From Eledone cirrhosa (lineage: Eukaryota): DNA of 64,000 nt. The notes below the pieces were generated by a model. The model did not search any database and was not told where the DNA came from. It saw only the letters and a program-made list of their open reading frames with translations. A program made the position numbers and the translations under genes. This document shows, piece by piece, positions 1-12,435 of this stretch (position 1 is its first letter; every line of letters starts with the position of its first letter). The stretch covers positions 52,018,001-52,082,000 of the forward strand of contig OZ024749.1 in assembly GCA_964016885.1 (NCBI GenBank), written 5' to 3'.

Positions 1-677
1 AAAATTATCTGAGAAGTGGCTTTACTTGATAATGAAAGTGTGAAGAATCAACATTTAGTCAGTACATGGAACCGAGATTTAAAGTTTTAGAGTAACACCA
101 AAGAAAGTTAGTTGTAGTTATACAAGATGCAGAGGAGGAACTAACAGAAGATGCTGTAAATGATATGAATGAAGTCTAGAAATCATTCAGTAGACTCTCC
201 AGAAGTAGCAAACCCTTTCTGTTACCAAGGTGACATAATTAGTACTGGAGGTGGTGGTTCTTAATGGCTAAGAATGGGAGTTTGTAGAGCTGTTTCCTCT
301 GTTGTTAACAAAGGGTCTTTCTCTCTTTCTCTCTCAAACACACACACACTTTCTGCAAAGGGGAGATTATTTGAAACATGTGTGACACTGTTGTAGTGAA
401 TGAGTCATGGTCACTGAGTGCAGAAGATCTGCAAAGGATTGCAATTAGTGTAGTCTGCTGAGTAAGCAACAGTAGATGTCACGAAAAACTAAGTACAAAT
501 GGGCTGTGAAAGTGTCCAGGTATTAAAGTTAATTAGTAGATTTGTGCAGGAAAGGCAGTTAAGTTAGGATGGAAATGTAATGGATATAGATGGTTCTAGC
601 TGGATGAAAAGTGTCAGGACTTGACACACATAGAAGTGGAACTGGAAAACAAACTGAGATAAATGTAAAGTTAGATT

Positions 678-1383
678 TTTACCCTTCTCACACCAAACTG
701 TCCCAGGTTCTATAATACTAAACTATTTCTAAGAGTATATATTTATCTGTTCTATTTATATTTATAATGAAGGCACCTGACAGTGGTTAGAGAATTGGAT
801 TCGCTAAGGTGAGGTTGCGAGTTCAATTCCTGGACCAGGTGATGTATTATGTCCTTCAGCAAGACACTTTATTTCATATTGCTCTTTCTGCCTGGAGTTG
901 CAACCGGTAGATAGTATCAGCAATGGAAATATTGTTTCCTTGGTCTGATTTGACAAGTTCCACCACACCCGGTAAGCGAATGAAGTGTGGACCTTGTCAG
1001 TCGATTCGAGAATATTTATCTAAAATTCATCCATCATAATTTTAGGTAAGAACCTTTAAGTTATGTTCCAAACACCAACTTAATAATGAAAAAGGTTTAT
1101 ATTATTAAATCTCACCAAATTCTTGATTTTTCAAAATTATTTGAAAATAATAGGCAGTGTCTTTCATTAGAAATATGGTAATAAAAGGATTAAAGACATT
1201 GGTAGTGTCTTTCATTAGAAATATGATGAGAAGGTTAATGACATAAGCAGTGGCTTTTATTAGAAATATGATAATGAAAGGTTTAATGACATAGGCAGTG
1301 TCTTTCATTGGAAATATGGTAATGAGAGGGTTAATGACACAGGCGCAGTGTCTTTGATAAGAAATATGGTAACAAGGGTTAAC
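678..1383 (-). mobile_element. piggyBac-like MITE interrupted by a SINE, with tandemly repeated terminus
   Basis: Reverse copy of the 2513-2954 family; ends in AAGGG-TTAA. Confidence 0.55.
768..1010 (+). mobile_element. tRNA-derived SINE
   Basis: A-box/B-box-like head (cagtggttagag...gagttcaattcc); homologous to reverse copies at 57400-57590 and 60950-61190. Confidence 0.7.
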
Positions 1384-2512
1384 CAAACCAGACCAGACCA
1401 TACCAACACAAAAAACAAAATATACACAATAATTCCAAAGCTTTGACTAGGAAATTTTATGAATATCTGACAAGAGAAATAAATATATCAGTGAATTTAC
1501 CACTCTGTGAACTCATCTAAACCCTACTGACATTGTGTTAAAACTATTGTCCACAAGATTTTATGTTGACTTATTTAACTGAGATTAAGCAACAATTATA
1601 TATAAGAGAATAAGAAAAATTAACAAAACTTAAATATATATTTTAGCTAACTATTCTATTCATAAGATTGTTATTGTTACAACTAACACTTATGTAGGTT
1701 TAGTTGGTCTCCTATAAGGTATCTCAAGAGACTCAATCGTACCATAAAAAGAATGGATGTCAGTCCTTTGTAGGGCGTCAAGTCCCAGCTGCTATTGGTA
1801 CTCTTTTTTTCCCTTTTTTCAGACAAGTGAAATAAAGTACAGCTCCATTCAGCAATCAAATCCATGATTTTATGATCATGAGTCCAACACCCTAATCACT
1901 AGGTCACACATATGGTGTATAATGTGAAACATGTATTTTTATAAAACACCTAACAGTATGGTAATCATAATTATTGGATTGTTTTTATTTTGTTGTAGTT
2001 GTTTTCATATCCATGATATAGTAGAAGTGATGAGATAAAGAAAAAACAACAAAATACCCAGAAACAAAGGATAAGACCATGTGGTCTCTTCCTGTAAAAT
2101 CTGGACATCCAGCTGTCTCCAGAATTGAGGGGATATTTACTCTTATATCTACTTAATATATACTACTCTTATATCTACTTAAAGTTATATCTACTTAAAA
2201 GTTTAGCTTGGTGTGACATTCAGGTAGCAAGACAAAGCATGAAAACCCATGGAATCAAGGTGCCTACCAACAGCAACATTTCAGTCCCTACAGACATTGG
2301 CTCCCATCCCACACTTAACACAAAGGTGATGCAAAACTCATCCTGACTGAGTAGACCACAGTGGTTGGCTACAGGCAGGGCATCAAAACAGAAGCAAGTG
2401 ACCCCTGATGTACTAGAGATTGAAATGATTTTAATAAAGATGTTTTTATTTAGGTTTTTTCAGTGTTAGGCGCAGTTATGACAAATAACACTAGCCTGTG
2501 TAAATCATAGTA

Positions 2513-2954
2513 TTAACCCTTTCATTAACATATTTCTAATGATTTTGAAAATAATCAATAATTTGGAGGGATTTAGTAATATAACTTTCTCATTAATAAG
2601 CTAGAGTTTGAAACGTAACATAATCCTTTTATTATGATATTTCTCATGAAATGACTTTGAAAAACAATTAAAAAAATAGAAAGGATTCTCTTTCTCATTA
2701 TTAAGTTGGTGTTTGGAACATAACCCTTACATTACCATATTTTTTATGAAAGGCACTGCCTATTATTTTAAAATGACTTTGAAAACATACAAGAAAGAAT
2801 TTTGAAGAATTTTTCTTATTAAGTAGGTGTTTGGAATATGAGAACTAAAATTATGATGGAAGCTTTTGAGATGAATATAAACACCTAAAAATGAAGTAGC
2901 TTTGTATTGTAGAACCAGGGTCTGTTTCAGGCGGTTTGGTAACAAAAGTGTTAA
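2513..2954 (+). mobile_element. piggyBac-like MITE
   Basis: TTAA-CCCTTT...AAAAGTG-TTAA ends; related pieces at 31143-31350 and 62655-62810. Confidence 0.6.
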
Positions 2955-3615
2955 TAAGACAGACGAATTGAATCTGAGCATTTCAAGAGCTCATTCAAAA
3001 TGTACAACAGCCACTGCAGACAGCATCTAACTTCAAGACTCGCCTGAAATATAAAGCGAGGGTTAAATACATTCATCAGTACAAGGATGGGAGGGAGGGG
3101 GGGGGGGTCAGTAGACAATAGGGTCTGTAAAATCAAAGACATTCCAGCCATGACCATTTCGGGATTCATAGCCTCTCTAGGAATACGTTATTCAATGTGC
3201 CCTTCAATACGGTTTGACAGAGATTCGTCCGTTTTGTTTGTTTTTTTGCCGAACGACGACCACGCAGAGGCTAGACTAGCAGCTATTTCTATGGATCGAC
3301 AGCAAATAGTTGAGAAAGTTGGAAACCATAAGCAACTCATCATAACTCAGCTGTGTATGGATATGGATATTCTAGTGGCATAGCTACGTGATTATAATCA
3401 CTACTATCTATGTTAGCGAAAAGAGCATGGTGAATTAATAAGTTATTTAGAACATATTTGAATTTGTATGATTTTATGTATGTATATATATATACATATA
3501 TATATTTATCATCAGCAAATGACGTTTTCAAATGTCATTCTCCTAATAAAGTATGTATGTAAACTGTGAATTTATAAATATAGATAAAAACCTATTGCAT
3601 ATACATACATACATG

Positions 3616-3662
<47 letters not shown>

Positions 3663-6600
3663 GGAGATCCCGAGGTATATATTTATCGGGAAATGAAATT
3701 GATATTTCCATAGCTAAGATGTTCATCTTTGTTTAAATATGGTAATAGTTAAAAAGAAAAAAACAAAACAACTAAGCCGAAAATTCCCCATCTTTTCATT
3801 TTTAACCATACACACATACTTCAATATTTATATTATTATTATTATTTAGTTTTATTGCAGTTATAAATTTCTTAACATTCTAAATATTTAATTATTTAAA
3901 AAATAACATACATTTGAATATAAGAATTTGATCTTCGAGGAAATTAATTGCGCTGAAATGGTGTGGGGGTGGATGGGAGATGGCAGGGGGTGAGAGACGG
4001 GAATTTGGTCCAGAAGATATGAATTAATGAAAATTGGGCCTGATCCTCTCTTAAATGTTAGCTGCTACTTATTTTACTGCAGTATAGTAGCCTCAACACT
4101 TTATATGGAGTGTATTTAGAAGTTGAGATAAAATACACATACATATATATATTTATATATATATAATCGATTTTTAAACTAACTAATTGAATACAGAAAG
4201 AGCCCTCAAAGTTACACAATCAAAAGGAATAAATAAACAAGGACTAACAAAGGACTGTCAATGTTATATATATATATAGCATATAACACATACATATATA
4301 ACATATATATATTATATAGATATATATATAAATCATTATATAATGAAATTTTTTAATACCACTTATTTAAATTTAAAGGTTCACTATAATTTAAAGGCTC
4401 ACTATAATTTACATCAGTAAAAATATATTCACAAGATATACACGAACAAAATATTCTATATTTGATCGAAAGCTGTAGAGCTTTATATATATGACTAATT
4501 TGAAACTTTTTTTTAATCAAAAGGGTTTATTTTAAACCCGAACCTACAGTCTGTCTGTGTTACTGTAACTGACTTATGTAGAAAAGCAATAAAGGGAGGG
4601 TTGGTCTTAATTGAAGTAACAGATAATTATAAATAAAAACCCTTTATATTAATTTGAAATCACAAGTGACGAAAAAAAATACTGAATTAAATTAGAAAGT
4701 GTAGTTTATCAGATGGATGGATCTACGCCATCTGTACCATAAGGATAAAAATGCAAGTAAAATTGTTATAGAAACATGTGTATAATTAAAACCAGAGAGA
4801 GCATATGATATGTTTATTTTTGTTCAGTTAAAAATATATATTTGACATAAGTAATTCCGATATGCTTTGACATATAACTACTTTATTTATTATTATTATT
4901 ATTACTATATTTTTGTTAAAGTAACAAACAGGTGCGTCACTCTATATGATAGGAACAAATGAAATTTATATATCTATCTATATATTTATATAACTTCACT
5001 CCATATATATACACACATATGTGGGTATTGATCCTTATAGAAGCAAAAGGAACTCGGACTTAAATAAAGCACAAAATAACATATATTTTGTTATTAAAAA
5101 GTATTAATAACTGCCAACAAATTTACAAAAACCTTTCTCTAGTGATAATAAAATAAGGCGATTCAATTCTTCTAGCATGGTCTTTATGTTTCTATATATA
5201 CACACATATATATATACATAAATATATATGTATACACATATAACTATGTATATATACATATATAATACATATATACACATAAATATATATATATTTATCT
5301 ATCTATCTATCTATCTATCTATTAATTTCACTTTCGTTAACATATAGTCTATATTTAACAATAATAAAAAAAAAGCCTTTACAAATAACAATAACGACGA
5401 TATTATAAATTAAAAACAATCATTCCATGACAATATTTTAAAAATAACATTCCTTTATTTCTCAGTTGATATATATTGATATATATATTAATAAATAAAA
5501 CTGTCAATAACAGGTTCAAGTCGAGTATAACTCTGCTTGTAAATGTGCTAGGTATGTATGTATATCAAAGACAATTTCGTAGTAGCATTGTCTTAATTTA
5601 CACTTAGATCTGTTAAAACTCCTTAACATAGGCCCACAAAATTTTCTATATTTTTTTTAAAAAGAGTAAATTTTATATAAGCAACAAAACTGTGTCCAAT
5701 AAATAGATATGAATATAAAAGTGCAGACTGCTATGGTTACAGAAATCTTTCTAAGACTTACTTTAACCCGCCATTTTGAATATTTTCTATTTTATACACG
5801 TACTGCTACGTTAGGAAATGCATCCTCATGAAAATTATTATATTCCTCAATAAAAGCATAACTTCATTTATTTTATAATAATTCAACTTGTAATTGTAGA
5901 AAAGCAAGAATAATGCAACAAAATACTCACAGGAAAGGCCCTAATGCGCATCTTCGTGTCTCTCTTATGGGTTCTTAAACCGCCACTCATCGCGAATGTC
6001 CTTATATGTTGCAAGTCAAAACAAATAGATATTTAATGAAAATTTATCAGCAAAATGTTGCTGCAGACAGTATAAAAATTTAACCAAGTCGCGATCACTT
6101 TTAATATCTTTGAGAAACAAGTATATTGTGCCTATTTGTTACACATGTAGACACATACATTAAAGGTGTAATATATATATTGTGAATGTGTTTAAATACG
6201 CAAGTCCTGCAATAGGAGGACTTGATGAAAGATGCTTTTTTCCATTCAAAGAATGATGTTTGGAAAAGAAAGTTAGCAGTTTGTTTTTTAGTTTTTTCGG
6301 AATATGTACTATCTAAAATAATTCCAAATAAAAGAAAAATAAAGAAAATGCGTTAGTGTTTGGGTGAGATATATATATATATATGTATATACATATATAT
6401 ATATGTATATATGTAGTGCTGTCTTGTTTCCTTTCCTTAGTTTATGCTTTAAAGGATTTCGTCGGTTATAATGTCAATATTTGCCGACACTGGATTATTC
6501 TAAACAAGGAGAAAAATCTGTTATGTTTGCCAAGAGTGAATCAATTGTCGCTGGATGAAACATTCCTTTTTCATGGTGACCTACGAATCATCTTGTGTTC

Positions 6601-7488
6601 TTCGACACTCACCAATCTAACCTGCTTCTTTTCGCCAACGATTAACGTTGTAAACAACCGCTTCAGAAAATAGTTCCCTCTTCTACAGTGCTTTCAAGCA
6701 AGTTTTACAAAGAAATTCAGAATAAATTTATACTAAGATATAATAAATATTTACTCTCCATTCGATCATCTCGATATATCGACTATCAGGAATGTATTAT
6801 TATGAACTAAACTTGATATTGTCGAATTGGCACTATATAGTATTTTTTGTCATCAACAGTTTTCGACTGTCAACGCCCAAGAGAGGCCAGCCTTACCGTT
6901 TCTTTTAGAAATATTTTAATATTCTCTGACAATTAAGATAAGCATCATTTTAATTCCAGTCACTAAATCATTTTAGACAATCGTTTGCATTGCATTTTAT
7001 GTTTACTAAACTTCCAGGTGTTGCATGAACGTTGTTTATTCATATACACCTACAAGCGTAATCTCTTGTCTAATCTTACGTATTATATTTGTCTGATCTG
7101 CTCTCAACTTTATTTAGATAATTCCTTCTTCAACTGTTTTACTTTATTTATTTTATATGGCTATAAACACATTCAAACCAAGCGAATTTATATTTGAAAG
7201 AAATGCTGTGTATTTTTTAAAAATTTGACTTGGTGGCGTAATAACTCATAATAAACAAGTGAAGGGATGCGTCTGATTTTTACTGACATAAGGGAGATAA
7301 TTCATAAGTGAGAGTAATTGAGTTATGCTTTGTAAGCTTTCTTTGTAGTTCCGTCACGCAACCTTTTTCTCACACCCATCACACACACACATACACACTG
7401 TGTGTGGTGTATATATATAATATATGTATGATATATATATATATATATGTGTGTGCATATATATGTATACATATGTGTGGATACACAC

Positions 7489-7523
<35 letters not shown>

Positions 7524-7924
7524 TGGGGAGATAAGATATAAAACATTACAGATTTCCCTTTAAGGGCCAATAGCGTTAAGGGAGAGATTATTCCCTAAAT
7601 AGTAGTAAGAATGTTCTCATGATTAAAAAGATTACATGATAAAATGGGATTCTACTAGAGTTCCTGACAAAGTCCCATAAATTTTATACAAGAACCATAT
7701 GTGAAGTTATTTTCTTGGTAATGAGATGAGTAATAATTTTAGTAAATCCCTCAAAATCTTTCATTAATTAATTGAAATAGAGTGTTTACATTAGGAATGT
7801 AGTTTAGGGTTGCTTCTTTTTAAATTATATTTAAAAATATATACACAAATATCTGTAATACTTAATTACATAAATATTTCACATAAAATATAAATTCAAC
7901 ACTAAGTATTGAGTGTCAATCGGA

Positions 7925-8700
7925 AGCAAGCCAACACACTCACAGCATTGTCATGGGTGATGGTGAGGCTAAGATACTGGAACAACTAAGCACCATTACC
8001 ACAAGCATCACCTAACACCTTGATAAGGGGAGCCACCAATGATGACAAGAACTTCACTGTCAGTGGCCCAGCTCCCCCAAAACCTCTCAAAAACTACAGG
8101 CTGGAAAAAAAATAGTTTACCAATAATTCCTGGTATTTTAGAATTTTAATCCATTTGACTCTGGAAGCATTGGCCCTCACTTTTACTGCAGGATCCAGGA
8201 TGTGGGAAAGGACAAAAGAGTCACTGACTGTGGTGTCCTAGGTACGACATCTGTCTCTAACCCAGGGACAAAGGGTAAGACCATATGGTCTCTTCCCATC
8301 AACTTTGGACAATCCAGCTGGCTCCAGAATGGAGGACATATTTACCTGAGCCTGCTTAATAATTAAGTTTAGTTCAGTGTGGAGAGCAAAGTGACCAGCA
8401 GATGGCAAGGCAATGAAGGCCTGTGGAATCAAGAGGGCCTACTTCAGTCCCTATATACATCAGAGATGTGGAGCTCATCCAGACGGAGTAGGCCACCAAT
8501 GTTAGCCACAGGCAGGGCATTAACCCAGTCTGCCGAGAATTTTCTCACAAAAAGTAAGCAACACCTTGAGAATTGAACAGGTTGATCAAAGAGAGAGTTG
8601 AAAGTGTCTCTTGAACAAAGATTGTCCCAAACTCTCTGCTTCAGTCAAAATCCTCCTCTGTATCAAGAACCAACAAAGCTTGCTCCCTCCACTGTAGTAG
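7925..8700 (-). mobile_element. Degenerate CRE-like non-LTR retrotransposon 3' fragment (restriction-like endonuclease region)
   Basis: SAGHFALHTELNLIIK...LEPAGLSKVDGKRPYGLTLCPW resembles the RH..LN...LEP.GL...DGKRPDG.TL.PW motif; frameshifted and stop-containing. Confidence 0.65.
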
Positions 8701-8724
8701 AGCTTCATGTAGCAATGGAAGGGT

Positions 8725-8960
8725 TAACCAAAGCATCTTTTCCATCATCCTTAGCTGAGACAGCAAGCACAACTTCACACCAACAGTCTCTGTTTCCCAT
8801 CAAGGTTTGTAGGTCATCCTTGTCAATTCCAGTGTCTCTTGCTAAGGTATCCTGGTATCTGAGCTTTCTAGTAGAGATCTCCCACAAGAGGTCTGAAACC
8901 ATCTCATCTTTTGCACAGCAGCAGTGACCAGCAAACCTTGTACGATGTTCAATCAGTCAT
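8725..8960 (-). mobile_element. RTE-like LINE 3' fragment
   Basis: LRYQDTLARDTGI...LMGNRDCW; second copy in opposite orientation at 26290-26510. Confidence 0.55.
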
Positions 8961-9039
8961 GCATTCATCCATGATAATATAAAGGTTCATATCTTTGATG
9001 AAAGTAAAGCATCAGCAAATTGTCCTACCAGCAATGATG

Positions 9040-9285
9040 TAAAGGTGTATGGCTTAGTGGTTCACGATTGTAAAGTTCAGAGTTTGATTTCTGGTAGTGT
9101 ATTGTGTCCTTGAGCAAGATACTTTATTTCATGTTGCTCCAGTCCACTAAGGTCACATACAAGAACTAAGCTAAGAGGGCACATGTCTGTGGAATGCTCA
9201 GCCACTTGTATGTTAATTTCAGGAGCAGGCAGTTCCATTGTTCAATCAACCAGTGCACACTTTGTTGAAAGTGATGGAGGTCCAA
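9040..9285 (+). mobile_element. tRNA-derived SINE
   Basis: tggcttagtggtt head, gtgtccttgagcaag core, (cat)n tail; 3' part shared with 16128-16470. Confidence 0.65.
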
Positions 9286-9739
9286 TATCATCATCATCAC
9301 CACCATCGCCGATTTATTACAAATGAAACAATTCTAGTCCTGTAGAAAAATAAAATGTAAACAAATGTAAACCAAACCCATTCTATCCTCAAACTGAAGC
9401 AAACTATAATCCTACAATCAACCCTCCCCCACTCACTAGACACATATTGCACCAGTCATAAATTAAATACAAACATGCCCCTCAAAACCATATCCCAGCC
9501 CTCTCAGTAATACAAGCAGCCTGCTACACTATATATGTATATATAATTATATATATCAATACCACAGATTAAAAGTTTAAGCAAACAATTTCTGCTTTCA
9601 CTCAAATATTTGTTCTATGGGTTTATATGCACTTATATATATATATATATAAATATACAACCGTTGTGTCTTCTCTAGATTTTGTTCTTTGTATTTATTA
9701 TTACTACTATATATATATATATTCATCCTTTTTTGTCTA

Positions 9740-10330
9740 TTTTCTATGTTCACATTGTCAGCAAGGTTCCTCTTCTAAAACACCATCTCACCACTTCCTT
9801 TGCAAGATGCAGCATCCTGACTCCTGAGATAAACTTTCACCACTTCTGTTCATATTTTCCCTTTCTGCATCTTCCTTACACTCTTCACTTCTTTAGCCAA
9901 CTGTCATCACCCATACACATTACATGTCCATACCAGTCCATTTTCTCTCTTGAACACATCTGACTCCTCTTATATTCAGTTTTTCTCTCTATTCACTCAT
10001 GTGCTTCATTGTACTCTAACATTACACATGCAGTAGAGCATGTTACTTTGTTTCTTTCTCTCCTTTACATAACCTCTACATTTAACACTCATATCTTACT
10101 ACTATACATTTGCAATATACACACAAGCATCATATAATTTATCTTTCACTCGGAGATAAATCCCTTTGTTGCCAGAAGTAATAGTTCCCTAAACATTTCT
10201 CACCTTGTTCTTATTTTAGTTATGCTTTCAAAGCATCCTCCTCCACTTCTAATTACATTACCTAAGTAACAGGAACTATCAACTACTTCTAAGGAACTTT
10301 ACAAAGATTGAAAATATTTTATTTTATTAG
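9740..10330 (-). mobile_element. Decayed RTE-like LINE fragment
   Basis: Similar to fragments at 14425-14650, 15085-15480 and 46790-47020 (encoding R..W.GHV.RM-like motif). Confidence 0.5.
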
Positions 10331-12003
10331 TGCAGTGACTTTTGACTACTCCTGCACATCTACTACATTAACCTGCCTGTGATACCACTAAACCACTTAT
10401 ACACACATAATTTACATGGAGTACACTATATGGAAGGTGACAAACTCGCAGAGTCAATAGAATGCTTTGCAGTATTTGTTTCTGCTCTCTGAGTTTAAAT
10501 CCCACCAAGGTCAACTTTGCCTGGGCTGAGGTGGTTAAAGTAGATCTCAAAATGCAGAATCTTGCAGAAATGATAAAGGAATGCTGCCAGTGGAAGGATG
10601 TCCTGCTGGAGAGAAACCATCCAACCCATGCAAGCATAGAAAAGTGGACATGGAGATGACACACGACTGTGACCCCTGGCGTCACGCAGTAATACAGAAG
10701 ACCCAACTTCCCACGGGTACAAGCTGAAGCATATAGACAATATGCCCCACCCCCTCCCACTGCAAAAAAGCACCCAGTCCACACTGTAAAGTGGATGTGT
10801 AGGCACCAGCACTCATTGTAAATGAGTGCTGGTGTTAGGAAGGGCATCTGGCTGTAGAAATCAAGCCAGAATCAGTTCCCATATGAGCAAGACAAGGTCA
10901 GCCAACTGGACACTGCCCACAACAGGACAACCCGTCTAACCCATGCTAGCATGGAAGAACGGACGTAAAACGGTGATGATGATGATGATGATGATGAAAC
11001 ACAGACATATATTTGAAACCATGAAATACACTGAGCTTTTTGTTTCCTAAATACCATTTTGTTTCCTAAATACCATTTTGTTTCCTAAATACCATTTTGT
11101 TACTGAAAATTACAACTACTTCCTGTAGAATAAAAAATGTAAAACATGTTCAGAAAAACTTGAAATTTATAAATTAAAACAATGGAAAAGTAAAATCTCA
11201 ATTAGTATCTGAGATATGGTATTTTATAATTAGGGAAAGACTTTATGCTTGCCCTGTATATCTAGAGGGAGCAAGTGAGATACACACATATATTTTTTGT
11301 CAAAAAACACAACCCCTCTGCACTCAAAAGAATGTATGACTGTATATAAACAAGATGCAGACCCCAGGCTTGTCTGGGAAGTCAGTAGCCCTCCGCAGCA
11401 CTGATCTGGTCTATGTAGACCCGTCCAACCCTTGCTAGCAGACATTAAATAGCCATCATGATGATATATAGATATAATGTGCTGGTGATCTACAAAATAA
11501 AAGCACCCAGTACACACTGTAAAGTGGTTGGTGTTAGGAAGAGCATCCATCTGTAGAAAGCTTGTCAGGGTTAGGAGGACTCTTCAGTTTGTGTCAAAAT
11601 GCGAAGTGACTGTATGAAAGTAAGATATAGACCCTTCAGCCTGTCTGGGCAGTCAGTACTGACTTGGTCTATGTAAACCCGTCCAATCCTTGCTAACAGG
11701 GAAAGGAGATGTTAAACAATGATGTTGATGATGATACACACACACATATATATATAGAGAGAGATAAATAGATAGAGAGAGAGAGAGACACACAATTGTA
11801 CACATAATCAGTTAATATTACATGCAACAGTAAAAGGTGCTACTCAAGGATGTCAGTGCTTTAAATAAACAGAAAAGCAAGCAAGATACTATTGAATGAA
11901 AAATTTAAAGAGGAACTTATTTAATTTATTGTGAAAAAAAAATATATATGGGTAAGCAGAAGATTTCAATAAAACAATTCAGTTTTAAGGAAAAAAGATT
12001 TCT

Positions 12004-12435
12004 TTAATGCGCATTTTGAAGATTTTCTTGATTTTCTTTAAGAGTTTCATCTCGATTTGATTGGTAGAAACCTGCAGATGCAGTATGGAAATTTACAACC
12101 ATAACAGTTATATTGTCTAAAGAACCTCTATAATATGCCTGTAAAACTAAGCTTTTAGCTCCATAATGAGGCTCAGAAAGTCTTTCTTGAATATAGTTGA
12201 CAGCCTCTTCATTGCTGAAACAGTCCCAGAGACCATCTGTGGCTAAAATTATAAATTTTGGTTGAATAACATTTAAGTCAAATGTGTAAATATCGGGTTC
12301 AGCAATGAGGAAATTTTTATCTTTGAGAGGGTAGTCTCCCAACGCTCTTGATGTAGCAAGAACACCCACAACTCGCCAGACTCCATTAAAAGTGATGTAG
12401 CCTCCAGCTTGCTTTATACGTGATCTTTCTTTCAG
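12004..12435 (-). CDS. PPM1L: PPM1L terminal exon (LKERSRIKQAGG...NAH*)
   Basis: Acceptor ttttag, 432 nt, ends in TAA. Confidence 0.92.
   Translation of the reverse strand: MKERSRIKQAGGYITFNGVWRVVGVLATSRALGDYPLKDKNFLIAEPDIYTFDLNVIQPKFIILATDGLWDCFSNEEAVNYIQERLSEPHYGAKSLVLQAYYRGSLDNITVMVVNFHTASAGFYQSNRDETLKENQENLQNAH

Noticed and set aside
2951-3383. 72-aa and 98-aa ORFs as genes
   Set aside because: No recognisable homology or exon structure
11038-11100. 19-bp triple repeat
   Set aside because: Ordinary local slippage with no further structure
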